Shown here: piece by piece, positions 27,757-37,365 of the stretch
Position numbering within the stretch: the stretch's first letter is position 1
Layout of the letters: every line of letters starts with the position of its first letter
From: Candidatus Thorarchaeota archaeon
Lineage (GTDB): Archaea > Asgardarchaeota > Thorarchaeia > Thorarchaeales > Thorarchaeaceae
DNA length: 64,000 nucleotides
Direction of reading: 5' to 3'
Assembly: GCA_016933575.1 (NCBI GenBank)
Contig: JAFGAR010000070.1
Location: 1 to 64,000, forward strand
Position numbers and translations under genes: made by a program
The notes under the pieces: model-generated
Told to the model about the DNA's origin: nothing
What the model saw: only the letters and a program-made list of their open reading frames with translations
Databases searched by the model: none

Positions 27757-29022
27757 CTAGATCACGTCAAACACGATTTCCCAAAACTCACGTTCAGAGA
27801 CCCCAGTTCTTAGGCTTCGCAGCTCACTCTTGATCTTCTCAAAAGCCATATCTGAATGGAGTTTCTTTTTGTCCTCATGTGTAATCTTCACTCTGTCAGT
27901 AATCTCACGGGCTTGTTCTGGACTAGCTTTAATGCCCCCCATTTTTAGCAGATACTCAACAAAATGCCTGCCTACAAATTTTCCAAGATGGAATTCTCGT
28001 GTCCTTCCAACTCTCATGGGGCTAATAGGTTCATAGGTCATTGAATGGGTCAATTGCCCATGGGAATGTATACCACTAGAATGTGTGAATGCGTTATCCC
28101 CACTGATTGACTTATGAAGCGGAAGTGGAATGACGAAGTTCTTTTCTACTAGACCCGATAGTCTATACAATTTCTCTGTCTTAACACCTGTATCAATTCC
28201 ATAGAGTTCCTCTAGAGCCATCACTACTTCCTCAAAGGCTGCATTTCCAGCTCTCTCCCCATATGCATTGACACAGACCTGTGGATATGTAGCTCCTTCT
28301 TCTATTGCAGTCAGTGTATTTGCTGTAGCGAGACCGAAATCATCATGACAATGGACTGCAATTGGGACTCTGTATTTTTGTTCATTCCAAAGTCGTGATT
28401 TCACTTCCCGCATTATATGTCGCATTACCTCCGGACGTACAAATCCTACAGTGTCTGCTACACAGATTTTATCCGCTCCCGCATCGATAGCTGTTCTGTA
28501 TGCCTCACAGAGGAAATCCATATTGCTTCTTGTAGAGTCCTCAGCAATGTAATCAACAATCAATCCATGCTCCCTACCGTGCTCCACACACTCAGTCAAT
28601 CGTTCTAAGACCTGTTCTCTGGTCATTCGTAGCTGATACTTTAATCTAAAGTCAGAAGTAGCAATGAATATTGGCACCTCATCGACATCTGCTTCTATAC
28701 AAGCATCGATGTCTTCGATAACTGCACGAGCAGGGGCTGCGACCTTAGCGTTTGAGAGTCCCTCTTTGGCAATTGCCGCGACTGCATTTTTCTCGGCTTC
28801 ACTCACAGCAGGGAATCCGACAGCAACAATTGCTGTCCCAACTTCATCGAGCATTTTAGCTATCTCGATCTTCTCATCGATTGTCAGAGCCACCCCTGGG
28901 GTCTGTTCTCCATCTCTCAAAGTTTCATCCCAGATGAACACCTTCCTAGGTAAGTATTCAGGTTTAGTACTAGGTACCTTGTTGTAGTTGACTGCAAGTC
29001 CTGCTTTCTCGAGAGTTTCCAT
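27757..29022 (-). CDS. LeuA/homocitrate/citramalate synthase family (DRE-TIM) enzyme lacking the regulatory domain
   Basis: DETLRDGEQTPG, DTVG, HCHDDFGLATAN, GERAGNA, H.SGIH and YEP motifs, 421 aa. Confidence 0.9.
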   Translation of the reverse strand: METLEKAGLAVNYNKVPSTKPEYLPRKVFIWDETLRDGEQTPGVALTIDEKIEIAKMLDEVGTAIVAVGFPAVSEAEKNAVAAIAKEGLSNAKVAAPARAVIEDIDACIEADVDEVPIFIATSDFRLKYQLRMTREQVLERLTECVEHGREHGLIVDYIAEDSTRSNMDFLCEAYRTAIDAGADKICVADTVGFVRPEVMRHIMREVKSRLWNEQKYRVPIAVHCHDDFGLATANTLTAIEEGATYPQVCVNAYGERAGNAAFEEVVMALEELYGIDTGVKTEKLYRLSGLVEKNFVIPLPLHKSISGDNAFTHSSGIHSHGQLTHSMTYEPISPMRVGRTREFHLGKFVGRHFVEYLLKMGGIKASPEQAREITDRVKITHEDKKKLHSDMAFEKIKSELRSLRTGVSEREFWEIVFDVI

Positions 29023-29066
29023 AGGTCTCAGCCCTGCTTTTCTGCGTATTCAAGCACATCATACAA

Positions 29067-29615
29067 TCATTCGAAGAGATAATGACCATGCTTTGCGATA
29101 TCTTCTACGCTCTTTTCAAGCATAACTATTTGGTTATTGTACTCTTCTTTGGTTATTTTGCCACTTTCAAGTGCTTTCTTTGCCTTTGATTTCTTGTACT
29201 CAATCTTTGCAGACTCGATATGCAATAGTCTTAGAGATGTATCAAAGACTGGTTTAGTGCCTGTTTTTTCACCAATTCCTTCCAACAGAGGCATCCAACA
29301 TATCTCTTCCACATGGAAAGAAAACTCTAATCCACGTTCAAGGATTCTATTCCAAATGGGACATCTCTTGATATAGAGCTCTTTGTCCTTTACTTCAATA
29401 TCCAAACCAATAGCTCGAAGGACTGATCCTGCAATCTCTGCCGCTTTTTCTGGACCTTTGCCATCGAATGTTTCCGCAGCCTCGCTACCCATTTGTTTGA
29501 ATCCACCACTATACCCCTCATACATGGAGAGTGGTCCTGTATTGTTTCGGAGTCCCCACCAGAGTCCATCGATGAATGATACGAATCCTTTCTGAAGAAT
29601 CTCCAGATCGCTCAT
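29067..29615 (-). CDS. Hypothetical protein with V4R-like Cys pair and SHOCT-like tail
   Basis: CPIW...EEICW and LESGKITKEEY. ATGA overlap with the nitroreductase. Confidence 0.65.
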   Translation of the reverse strand: MSDLEILQKGFVSFIDGLWWGLRNNTGPLSMYEGYSGGFKQMGSEAAETFDGKGPEKAAEIAGSVLRAIGLDIEVKDKELYIKRCPIWNRILERGLEFSFHVEEICWMPLLEGIGEKTGTKPVFDTSLRLLHIESAKIEYKKSKAKKALESGKITKEEYNNQIVMLEKSVEDIAKHGHYLFE

Positions 29616-30379
29616 TTCTTTTCCTCCTTAACGAATGGACTTCCCCATTTGTTGAGAAAAGCAATCTCCTCCGGCCCCTGTCTTGGTGGTCCAAGTGTCC
29701 GCTCATTTATGGCATAACCCAGGGTTAGACAGAGAATTGGAACCCAGTGTGGGAATGGAATGCTAAGCTTTTCTGAGATTGCACCAACATCATCAAAATG
29801 GTCCAGTTGAACTGATGAAACACAGCTTCCTATTCCTAATGATGCTGCAGCGAGAGCCATGTTTTCCATCATCATAGAACCTGCAATGACTGCGTGTCTC
29901 GGTCCAGACCAACCATAGACACCTCCAGTACCTCGAAGAGTTGCCTGTGAGTTTCCGACATGTGTTTGGTCCACTGCGAGTACAAGAAGCACTGGAGCTC
30001 CATTAGTTTCAGGTTTGCCCTTGATATACTCAAAACGTTGACCGGAAATGAGTATATCGATTGTACGTTCTAAACTTGCTTTTGACTCAATATAACTAAG
30101 TCTTCTCTCCAGCTCTTCTCTCGGTGTTGCACGACCAAAAAGGAGGACTGTTCTGTCAACTGCAATCTGTCCAATAAATTCCTGCAGTTTTTTGTCGCGA
30201 ACAACAATGATTCTCCATGGCTGTTGGTTCTCTGCACTAGGTGCAAAACCTCCTGCTTCAATAACCTTGTAGATCAATTCGTCAGGGACATCTCTGGACG
30301 TATCATAGTCACGTATTGCCCGTCGGTTCTTGATCACCTTGATGGCTTCGTTATCTTCCAAGGTGTTGTCTCCAGTCAA
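29612..30379 (-). CDS. Nitroreductase-family protein
   Basis: RRAIRDY, APSAENQQPW, NMALAAASLGIGS and LGY motifs. Confidence 0.9.
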   Translation of the reverse strand: MTGDNTLEDNEAIKVIKNRRAIRDYDTSRDVPDELIYKVIEAGGFAPSAENQQPWRIIVVRDKKLQEFIGQIAVDRTVLLFGRATPREELERRLSYIESKASLERTIDILISGQRFEYIKGKPETNGAPVLLVLAVDQTHVGNSQATLRGTGGVYGWSGPRHAVIAGSMMMENMALAAASLGIGSCVSSVQLDHFDDVGAISEKLSIPFPHWVPILCLTLGYAINERTLGPPRQGPEEIAFLNKWGSPFVKEEKK

Positions 30380-30424
30380 TGATGTTTTGGCCTCAACATC
30401 TCCCGCTTAAGTAAGTAACTCATT

Positions 30425-30484
30425 GGGAGAAAAAGAATAAAACAGAAAGTGAATAGCTGCGTTTCTTCGGGAACACAGCTATTC
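30425..30484 (-). terminator. Stem-loop plus U-tract after the acyl-CoA dehydrogenase
   Basis: GAATAGCTG...CAGCTATTC (30451-30484), then ACTTTCTGTTTTATTCTTTTT on the minus strand. Confidence 0.65.
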
Positions 30485-30501
30485 GAACTTTTAAAGTGTC
30501 A

Positions 30502-31704
30502 TTACATTACCGGAGCGTCGCGACCATCATACTTCACATGAAATCCTGTGTCAAGATTTGCGCTCTCACGAAGGATGTTTGAACTTGCAACAAGTCGTTG
30601 AATCTGGTTTGTGCCTTCATAGATCTGTAGTAGTTTTGCATCTCTCATTAGCTTCTCTACAGGATACTCACTAAGATAGCCATATCCACCCATGATCTGT
30701 ACTGCATCTGTGGCATTCTGCATTGCTGCATCGGAAGCAAAGAATTTGGCAAATGCAGAATCCTTGGAATTGCGTATTCCTTGATCAGCAAGCCAAGCAG
30801 CAAACCTCGTTAGTTGCCTTGCAGCAGCAGCTCTAGCACCCATGTCGGCAAGCATGAAACTTATTCCTTGGAAGTTACCTATTGGTTGCCCAAATTGATG
30901 TCGGATGTTAGCAAATTTTGCAGCCTCGTCAACTGCTCTTTGAGCGACGCCAGTGGCAATTGCGGCTATTCCTGCTCTTGTCTTATCAAGGGTGGTCATT
31001 GCAATCTTGAATCCGTCGCCTTCCTTTCCGACCAGGCAGTCCTTTGGAACTCGTGCATCCTCAAAGATGACTTCACTCTGGACTGAGTTCTTCTGTCCCA
31101 TCTTGCTCTCAATGACACCAATCTTGACTGCTTTGCTCTTAGGAACCATGAATACAGAAAGCCCCTTGGTCTTCAGCTCTGGTTGCGTTGAAGCAAAGAC
31201 GGTGAAGAGCGATGCTTGAGGTGCATTTGTAATAAAGCACTTGATACCGTTGATGATGTATTCATCACCATCACGCTCGGCTCTGGTTGCGACAGCACCA
31301 GCATCTGAACCAGCTCCACGTTCTGTAAGACAGAAAGCTCCAAACTTAGGCTCTTTTCCTGTAATCAATGGCTCTACATAGGTCTGCAGTTGTTCAATAG
31401 TAGCTCCAATCACAAGTGGTGCAAATGCTAAATTGTTGCACATGATTGAAGTTGCTATCCCTGCACAACCATAACCAGTAGCTTCAGAAACAAAGGTCTC
31501 TGCTAGTAAGGATAATCCTGGTCCACCTGCCTCAGTGGGTATGTGCAGGTTCATTAGACCTGCTTCAAAGGCTTTGTGAACAATTTCTTTTGGAAATTCA
31601 TCCCGTTTCTCTAGTTCTTGGGCTCGTGGGGTAATGTTCTCTCGAGTGAAAGTTTTGGCTCTCTCGAAGAGTTTTTCCTCTTTTTCAGATAGTGCGAAGT
31701 CCAT
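30502..31704 (-). CDS. Acyl-CoA dehydrogenase
   Basis: FCLTE..AGSD, K.FITN, R.QFGQPI, Q.MGGYGY..EYPVEK.MRDAK..QIYEGTNQIQR. The start is placed at MDFALS. Confidence 0.95.
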   Translation of the reverse strand: MDFALSEKEEKLFERAKTFTRENITPRAQELEKRDEFPKEIVHKAFEAGLMNLHIPTEAGGPGLSLLAETFVSEATGYGCAGIATSIMCNNLAFAPLVIGATIEQLQTYVEPLITGKEPKFGAFCLTERGAGSDAGAVATRAERDGDEYIINGIKCFITNAPQASLFTVFASTQPELKTKGLSVFMVPKSKAVKIGVIESKMGQKNSVQSEVIFEDARVPKDCLVGKEGDGFKIAMTTLDKTRAGIAAIATGVAQRAVDEAAKFANIRHQFGQPIGNFQGISFMLADMGARAAAARQLTRFAAWLADQGIRNSKDSAFAKFFASDAAMQNATDAVQIMGGYGYLSEYPVEKLMRDAKLLQIYEGTNQIQRLVASSNILRESANLDTGFHVKYDGRDAPVM

Positions 31705-31865
31705 CGTCAATCCCGAGTGGTCGTCATTTACCGGCTTATTATCTCTTCGGAGTAAACAATTAACTCCAAAGAACACCTTTGCACACACTAAAGTGCCTAA
31801 TCCATCACTATTTTTATAGTCGTATTATTGCTGTTCCTCATCTTAGAACGAGGTGGTAACACTAC

Positions 31866-33038
31866 TTGCCCCTAAATAATACTAACATAGTAAGTGCTGC
31901 ACAAACAAAATTCGGAGCCTTAGAGGGCGTGAGTCTGAGAGAGATGTTCTCAGAGGCTGTTGATAAGGCTACGGTTGGTTCAGGTATTCCTAAGAAGGAC
32001 ATTCAAGCTGCATTCATTGGAACCTTCATTCCTGAGATGCTTGTCCATCAAGGTCATTCTGCTCCACTACTGCTTGATTTTGCTGGAATGAAAGGTCTAC
32101 CAGCAACGAGACACGAAGATGCATGTGCGTCTGGAGCTACAGCTCTTCGGGCGGCAGTAATGGCAATCGAATCTGGAATGTATAATACAGTTCTTGTGGC
32201 TGGTGTTGAAAAGATGACTTCTGTTTCAACAAATAAGGCTACAGAAGCACTAGCTGCCGCCGCTGATGACCAATTCGAATCAGGTATTGGTCTCACATTT
32301 CCTGGCGTCTTTGGCATTGCTGCTGTGGCTCACATGCAAAAATACGGAACGACGGAAGAGGATATGGCTCTAGTTGCTGTCAAAGCCCACAAGAATGCTT
32401 CAACCAATCCATATGCTCAATTCCAGAAAGAGATATCCTTGGAAAAGGCGATGACACCCAGATACATTGCATGGCCATTGAAGCTATTTGACTGTTCACC
32501 AATATCTGATGGTGCAGCTGCATTAGTGCTAACATCAAATGAGAAGGCAAAGCAGTATACTGACCTCCCGGTGAAGATTATTGGGTCTGGTCAAGCCTCA
32601 GCATCAATGAATCTATGCAATAGAGCAGATCTCACATCCTTCAGTTCTTCGGTAGATGCAAGTAGACAGGCATACAAGATGGCTGGTCTCCAAGCGAAAG
32701 ACATGGACTTTGCAGTTGTCCATGACTGCTTCACAATTGCTGAGATTATTGCTAGTGAGGATATTGGATTCTTCAAGCCTGGTGAAGCTACAAAGGCCGT
32801 TCGGGATGGTGTGACTGCCTTAGATGGCGATAGACCAATCAATCCTATGGGTGGTCTAAAGGCAGTGGGACATCCTGTTGGAGCTACCGGAGTCAAACAG
32901 GCTGTGGTTGTGTATCGCGAGCTGATTGGCGATGCTGGACCTAATCAAGTATCAAATCATGATACAGCAATCGTGCATAATTTCGGGGGAACTGGTGCAA
33001 CATGTGTTGTCAACATCATGAGGAGGGCTGACGCATGA
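31866..33038 (+). CDS. Archaeal/SCP-x type thiolase
   Basis: EDACASG, GVEKM, CSPISDGAAA, HDCFT and GHPVGATG motifs. Confidence 0.93.
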   Translation: MPLNNTNIVSAAQTKFGALEGVSLREMFSEAVDKATVGSGIPKKDIQAAFIGTFIPEMLVHQGHSAPLLLDFAGMKGLPATRHEDACASGATALRAAVMAIESGMYNTVLVAGVEKMTSVSTNKATEALAAAADDQFESGIGLTFPGVFGIAAVAHMQKYGTTEEDMALVAVKAHKNASTNPYAQFQKEISLEKAMTPRYIAWPLKLFDCSPISDGAAALVLTSNEKAKQYTDLPVKIIGSGQASASMNLCNRADLTSFSSSVDASRQAYKMAGLQAKDMDFAVVHDCFTIAEIIASEDIGFFKPGEATKAVRDGVTALDGDRPINPMGGLKAVGHPVGATGVKQAVVVYRELIGDAGPNQVSNHDTAIVHNFGGTGATCVVNIMRRADA

Positions 33039-33424
33039 GTGAAAAACCATCAGTTGAGGCCTATCTAAATAATATCCAGGATGGTCATTTCAAAGCTTAC
33101 AAGTGTGTTGACTGTGGTATGGTCATTGCACCTCCCTCAGGTAGCTGCTATGGTTGTGGAAGTAGCAATATGTCATGGACTGAGGTAAGCGGGAAAGGCA
33201 AGTTAATCGCTTTCACGGTCATTCACATTGCTCCAGATGAGTTCGCAGAGGAAGTACCATACTATGTAGCAATTGTCGAGCTTGCAGAGGGTACTCGGGT
33301 GAGTGCTCGGTTGCTTGGTTACGACCCTCTGAAACCTGAAGATGTCAAGATTGGAATCGATGTCAAGCTAGACTATGAGATGGGCAAATCCGGTAGAAAC
33401 TATCTGGCATTTAGACCCATTTAA
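33035..33424 (+). CDS. DUF35 Zn-ribbon/OB-fold thiolase partner
   Basis: CVDC...CYGC, GKGKL.AFTV and PY.VAIVEL.EG motifs. Coupled to the thiolase by an ATGA overlap. Confidence 0.92.
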   Translation: MSEKPSVEAYLNNIQDGHFKAYKCVDCGMVIAPPSGSCYGCGSSNMSWTEVSGKGKLIAFTVIHIAPDEFAEEVPYYVAIVELAEGTRVSARLLGYDPLKPEDVKIGIDVKLDYEMGKSGRNYLAFRPI

Positions 33425-33430
33425 TTCCCA

Positions 33431-33470
33431 GAGGGGTTTCTATAAAAGAAACCCTTCTCCTCCATTTCAC
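33431..33470 (+). terminator. Hairpin after the thiolase-DUF35 operon
   Basis: GAGGGGTTTCT-ataaa-AGAAACCCTTC followed by a pyrimidine run. Confidence 0.5.
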
Positions 33471-33518
33471 AATCTCTATAATCCGTTCTCTACTGCCAAT
33501 GTAGTGAGGTAGTCAGAT

Positions 33519-34508
33519 GTGATTGAGAAGAAATACTCTGAATTACTACGTATAAAGCCCAAACCTGACAAGATGACATTCTCTGAATGTTCATCAGGGT
33601 TGAGAGCTCGTTTTGATCGAGGTCTTCTCGAAAAGCATCTACCTGTAACCTCCGGTGTTCAAAAAGGAGACCAGAGTCTACTTGAAGTACTCGGGGTAGT
33701 GATTCCTGAAAGTACTCGTGAAGCGTTGAAGGCTACAGAGTTTATCGGAGTCTATGGTCGAATAGTCACTTCCGAGGATTTTCCAAATCTTCTCTGTTTG
33801 CAGTATCTATACGTCTGGGACTATCAAGCAGTTCCAGCTCATGAGGCTGATTATGAGCCTATCTTTGTATACGTTGACAAACGAAGAGAATATGCTATCT
33901 ATGACCTTGCTCATTATTGTTCAAGAAGAATTGACCTCTCTGCTCCAATCAAAGGAACTCTTGGTCTTCGAATGATTCCGGGTTGGCATTCTTTTCTCCC
34001 TGCATATATCACCGATGGCTCTAGGGATAATAATCTGAACATACAACCTCTCTCTGATCAACATCTTCGCAGCTGGTGGTCAATTCCTGAGGAGGCTCCA
34101 AGATTGAAGATAGTCAATCATCTAAGAGACCCCTTTCAGCTACAGGCACCTGGTCATTTCATGGATGCTCCTGATGAGAATGCAAAGACAATGTGCTGTT
34201 CATTTCTTCAAATCGAGAATGCAATGGCTGAGTTTGATGATCCTCGACAAGGTATCATTGAAGGTGTTAAACGAGCATTTGCCAATTGCGTTGGTCTTCT
34301 GGCTTTCTATAGAATCGGCGCATTTATTCAACTATTAACAGAGATGAGTGATATCGGAATGCTCAAAGTTCCACTAACATCAAAGGGAATCGATTTGGTA
34401 GCAATAAGTAACCTACTCCGAGATGGTCTTGTTTCGCTGACCAATGCAGGTCGACAGTTCTTCGAAGATTTCTATATGAGGCAACCCTCGGAAGATGAAC
34501 CAGAGTGA
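33519..34508 (+). CDS. Hypothetical protein with Vps62/NPP1-like HExD(W/Y)E motif
   Basis: LQYLYVWDYQ...HEADYEPIFVYV...HY...GWHSF. Confidence 0.6.
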   Translation: MIEKKYSELLRIKPKPDKMTFSECSSGLRARFDRGLLEKHLPVTSGVQKGDQSLLEVLGVVIPESTREALKATEFIGVYGRIVTSEDFPNLLCLQYLYVWDYQAVPAHEADYEPIFVYVDKRREYAIYDLAHYCSRRIDLSAPIKGTLGLRMIPGWHSFLPAYITDGSRDNNLNIQPLSDQHLRSWWSIPEEAPRLKIVNHLRDPFQLQAPGHFMDAPDENAKTMCCSFLQIENAMAEFDDPRQGIIEGVKRAFANCVGLLAFYRIGAFIQLLTEMSDIGMLKVPLTSKGIDLVAISNLLRDGLVSLTNAGRQFFEDFYMRQPSEDEPE

Positions 34509-35255
34509 TTACTCTGTTGCTTGTATATCCGCTTTTCTAATTTTCTTGCCTACCTGTGCCCAGTCTAAGCGGACAGCAAGATATACGGTCACAATGAGTA
34601 ACACAATACCCAGGACTTCCACTGTTGCTGAGATTGGAGTGACAGGTCCTCCGACTCCTAATAGCTCAATGAACCAGTCCAAGCTAAGACGTCCAGCCCA
34701 CGAAACAGCTGAGAGAAAGATAATCTCACCAATAAGACATGGCCAAAATAACTTCCACCATGAATATCTGGCTACACCCAAAGCAACCACTGCAGGGTCT
34801 AGAGGAAGTGGTGTGGATGCTAGAAGAAAGATTGCAGCTGGTGTGGCTCTAGGATAGGTTTCAATGAATCTACTGAATCCCTTAGTATTAGCATCATCAA
34901 CTAGACGTCTTCCCGCATAACCCAGAGCATAGCTTGTCATATCGCCAATCGTTGCTCCAATACCTGACAAGATCCCCACTACCCAGGGATCGAATATGAA
35001 AGGACCAACAATTCCATCGCGCAAACCTCCAAGTACAAATGGAACGCCAGCAAACGGAATCTCGACAACAACACTTGCACTTCCCAGCAGACACACGAGG
35101 AATGTTCCTGGGTAGCCCAAAACAACTGCAAAATCAGCGACCCATTGAAAGAAATTAGCTAGTGGACTAACAGCAGAAGGATACACCAAGAGGACTATCC
35201 AATACATGAAAGCAATTATCATAGAAGACGCAAATACTTGATCTGCACGTCTCAT
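34509..35255 (-). CDS. DedA/VTT-domain membrane protein (paralog 2)
   Basis: GIGATIGDMTSYALGYAGR, LASTPLPLD...LG..RY and GEII motifs. Confidence 0.85.
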   Translation of the reverse strand: MRRADQVFASSMIIAFMYWIVLLVYPSAVSPLANFFQWVADFAVVLGYPGTFLVCLLGSASVVVEIPFAGVPFVLGGLRDGIVGPFIFDPWVVGILSGIGATIGDMTSYALGYAGRRLVDDANTKGFSRFIETYPRATPAAIFLLASTPLPLDPAVVALGVARYSWWKLFWPCLIGEIIFLSAVSWAGRLSLDWFIELLGVGGPVTPISATVEVLGIVLLIVTVYLAVRLDWAQVGKKIRKADIQATE

Positions 35256-35986
35256 TGATCTTTGTCCTCCTCCTTTGGTATGAGCATAGACCAGTTAATC
35301 GTAACTAGAAAATAGATTGCTATAATAATCAACAAAACACTTGATACCTCAATAGCCCTCGAAATAATGCTTGTCGGATCGGTACTGCCTATCAATGAAC
35401 CAATGAAATCCAACCCAATTCTACCCGACCATGCTACTCCAATCATGAACATTGTCTTTCCAAGGAATTGGGGCATCATCACCTTCCACCATGGATATCT
35501 TGCTGCTCCTAGTGGGACAATTAGGACATCATCAGGAAACGGTGTCACAGCAAGGAACCATAATACAAATGGTGTCGCCTTTGGATGTCTTTCCACATAT
35601 TTCCTGAAAGCATCCCTCTGGTTCTCTTCTATAAGCTGACCTCCACCATAACCCACAAAATAACTTATCATCTCTCCGAGCATTGCACCAAACCCAGAAA
35701 GGAGACCTACCAGCCATGGATCAAAAAGGAATTGACCAGTCATTTCGTCAGTCAATCCTCCAAGAATGAAAGTCACTCCCATATACGGGAATGGGAAGAG
35801 TACTGTAGCGTTTCCGATAAAGGAGATCAGCAGATCACCAGAGTATCCAAGTAGTAGGGAAAAATCTAGAAACCAGTTGTATACAAGTACTATCGGACTA
35901 GCTATCCCTGGAATTATGATTGAAATTACAAAATACGCTGCCAATGAGATGATCGCAAGTAGAAGGAATTTATCAGCTCTTCTCAT
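35252..35986 (-). CDS. DedA/VTT-domain membrane protein (paralog 1)
   Basis: GNATVLFPFP, GAMLGEMISYFVGYGG, LAVTPFPDD...LG..RY and GKT motifs. Confidence 0.88.
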   Translation of the reverse strand: MRRADKFLLLAIISLAAYFVISIIIPGIASPIVLVYNWFLDFSLLLGYSGDLLISFIGNATVLFPFPYMGVTFILGGLTDEMTGQFLFDPWLVGLLSGFGAMLGEMISYFVGYGGGQLIEENQRDAFRKYVERHPKATPFVLWFLAVTPFPDDVLIVPLGAARYPWWKVMMPQFLGKTMFMIGVAWSGRIGLDFIGSLIGSTDPTSIISRAIEVSSVLLIIIAIYFLVTINWSMLIPKEEDKDQ

Positions 35987-36096
35987 CTTACTCTAGTCCG
36001 TCAGATGTCCATTATTGATTGAATATGAAGATTGTCACAGACAAATGCTGGTAACTTTAAGTGGTACGCAGACCACTTCACATAGGGTAATCTCTC

Positions 36097-37365
36097 GTGA
36101 GAATCGATTTGCGTTATGGTGACGGATCTCTTCCATTAGAACTGCCGCGAAGGTTTGATGTCAATATTATCCAACCACGGTCAACCATTGATGCTCCTAG
36201 TTATCCTGAAGAAGTTGTCAGAGCGATTGAGAACCCTGTTAATGCAAATCCTCTCTCACAGTTACATAATGCACCATCTACGACTTCCATAGTGGTGAAT
36301 GGATCTCAAGATATCAATATCACAAAAAGACTTCTTGATACCCTTCTCGACTTACTTCGAACCTTCATATCTGACTCTCAAAATATTGCAATCATTTTTC
36401 CAATTGATGGCAAACAGAAATCTGATGTGAAGAACATCGATAGGTTGCATAAGACTATCTTGAAAGAAGGCTATGAGTTAGTATTTCATGATTCAAGGGA
36501 ATCTGATTCAGTACAAAATATTGGTACGACTCCCACTCATTCAACTCCAGTGTCTGTGAATAAGAGATTTTTAGAATCAGATATCAGAATTGGACTTGGA
36601 ACGATTCGACCCAACATCTTTACTGGAGTCACTGGAGGACCCATGTCTGTTCTCCCCTTTGCTTGTGGAATTAAGACAATTATACGAAATGCAAAACTTC
36701 AAGCTACTCGACCAACCGGTCCACTCAATCTGAAAAATGCAGCATCTATTGACATGATGGAAGCAAGTAAGATTGCAGGGCTACAGTATGTTCTCAATGC
36801 GATACCTGACTATAATGGTACAATCTCTAAGATTATTGCAGGTAGCCCATCTGATGTCTGGGAAAGTAGTATAAATTTGGTTCGAACTCTTACAGAAGCT
36901 CCTATTCGTCAAAAGGCGGATATCGCAATTGTCAGCGCTGGGGGATCTGGATGGGATAAGTCGCTCTATGATGCAGTAGATTGTCTCTATGCCGCACATG
37001 AGGCAACTGAACATGGAGGTGTCATTGTCCTAATTGCTGAATGCTCTGATGGTCCTGGACCAACCGGTTTTGTTAGAGGTGTTTCCGATTGTTCATCTGA
37101 AAATGAAATAGATACAATGGCTGAAACAAGTTTCGAGTTGGGAATGGAAAGAGCACGATTCTTTTGGCGAGTTCTTTCATCCAAGAAATTAGTGTTATGC
37201 AGTAGATTAAGAGAGTCAATTGTTACAGAACGTTTTCACAGCCACGCAGTCAGAGACCCTCAAGAAGGTCTTGAATTAGCAAAGGGTCTACTAGTTTCTA
37301 CATCAAAGATTGCTCTCATCCCAAATGGTAATACAACCATCCCAATTCAGACCAATTCAATATGA
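36097..37365 (+). CDS. LarA (lactate racemase)-like protein with degenerate active site
   Basis: L.YG, AIENP, G.TP...TPV.VN, G.TGG..S.LP, ADIAIVSAGG..D..LY and GG..VL.AEC.DG fold motifs. Catalytic H/K residues are absent. Confidence 0.8.
   Translation: MRIDLRYGDGSLPLELPRRFDVNIIQPRSTIDAPSYPEEVVRAIENPVNANPLSQLHNAPSTTSIVVNGSQDINITKRLLDTLLDLLRTFISDSQNIAIIFPIDGKQKSDVKNIDRLHKTILKEGYELVFHDSRESDSVQNIGTTPTHSTPVSVNKRFLESDIRIGLGTIRPNIFTGVTGGPMSVLPFACGIKTIIRNAKLQATRPTGPLNLKNAASIDMMEASKIAGLQYVLNAIPDYNGTISKIIAGSPSDVWESSINLVRTLTEAPIRQKADIAIVSAGGSGWDKSLYDAVDCLYAAHEATEHGGVIVLIAECSDGPGPTGFVRGVSDCSSENEIDTMAETSFELGMERARFFWRVLSSKKLVLCSRLRESIVTERFHSHAVRDPQEGLELAKGLLVSTSKIALIPNGNTTIPIQTNSI

Noticed and set aside
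31705-31788. Long N-terminus of the acyl-CoA dehydrogenase
   Set aside because: Family sequence begins at MDFALS, and the extension lies in the divergent promoter region
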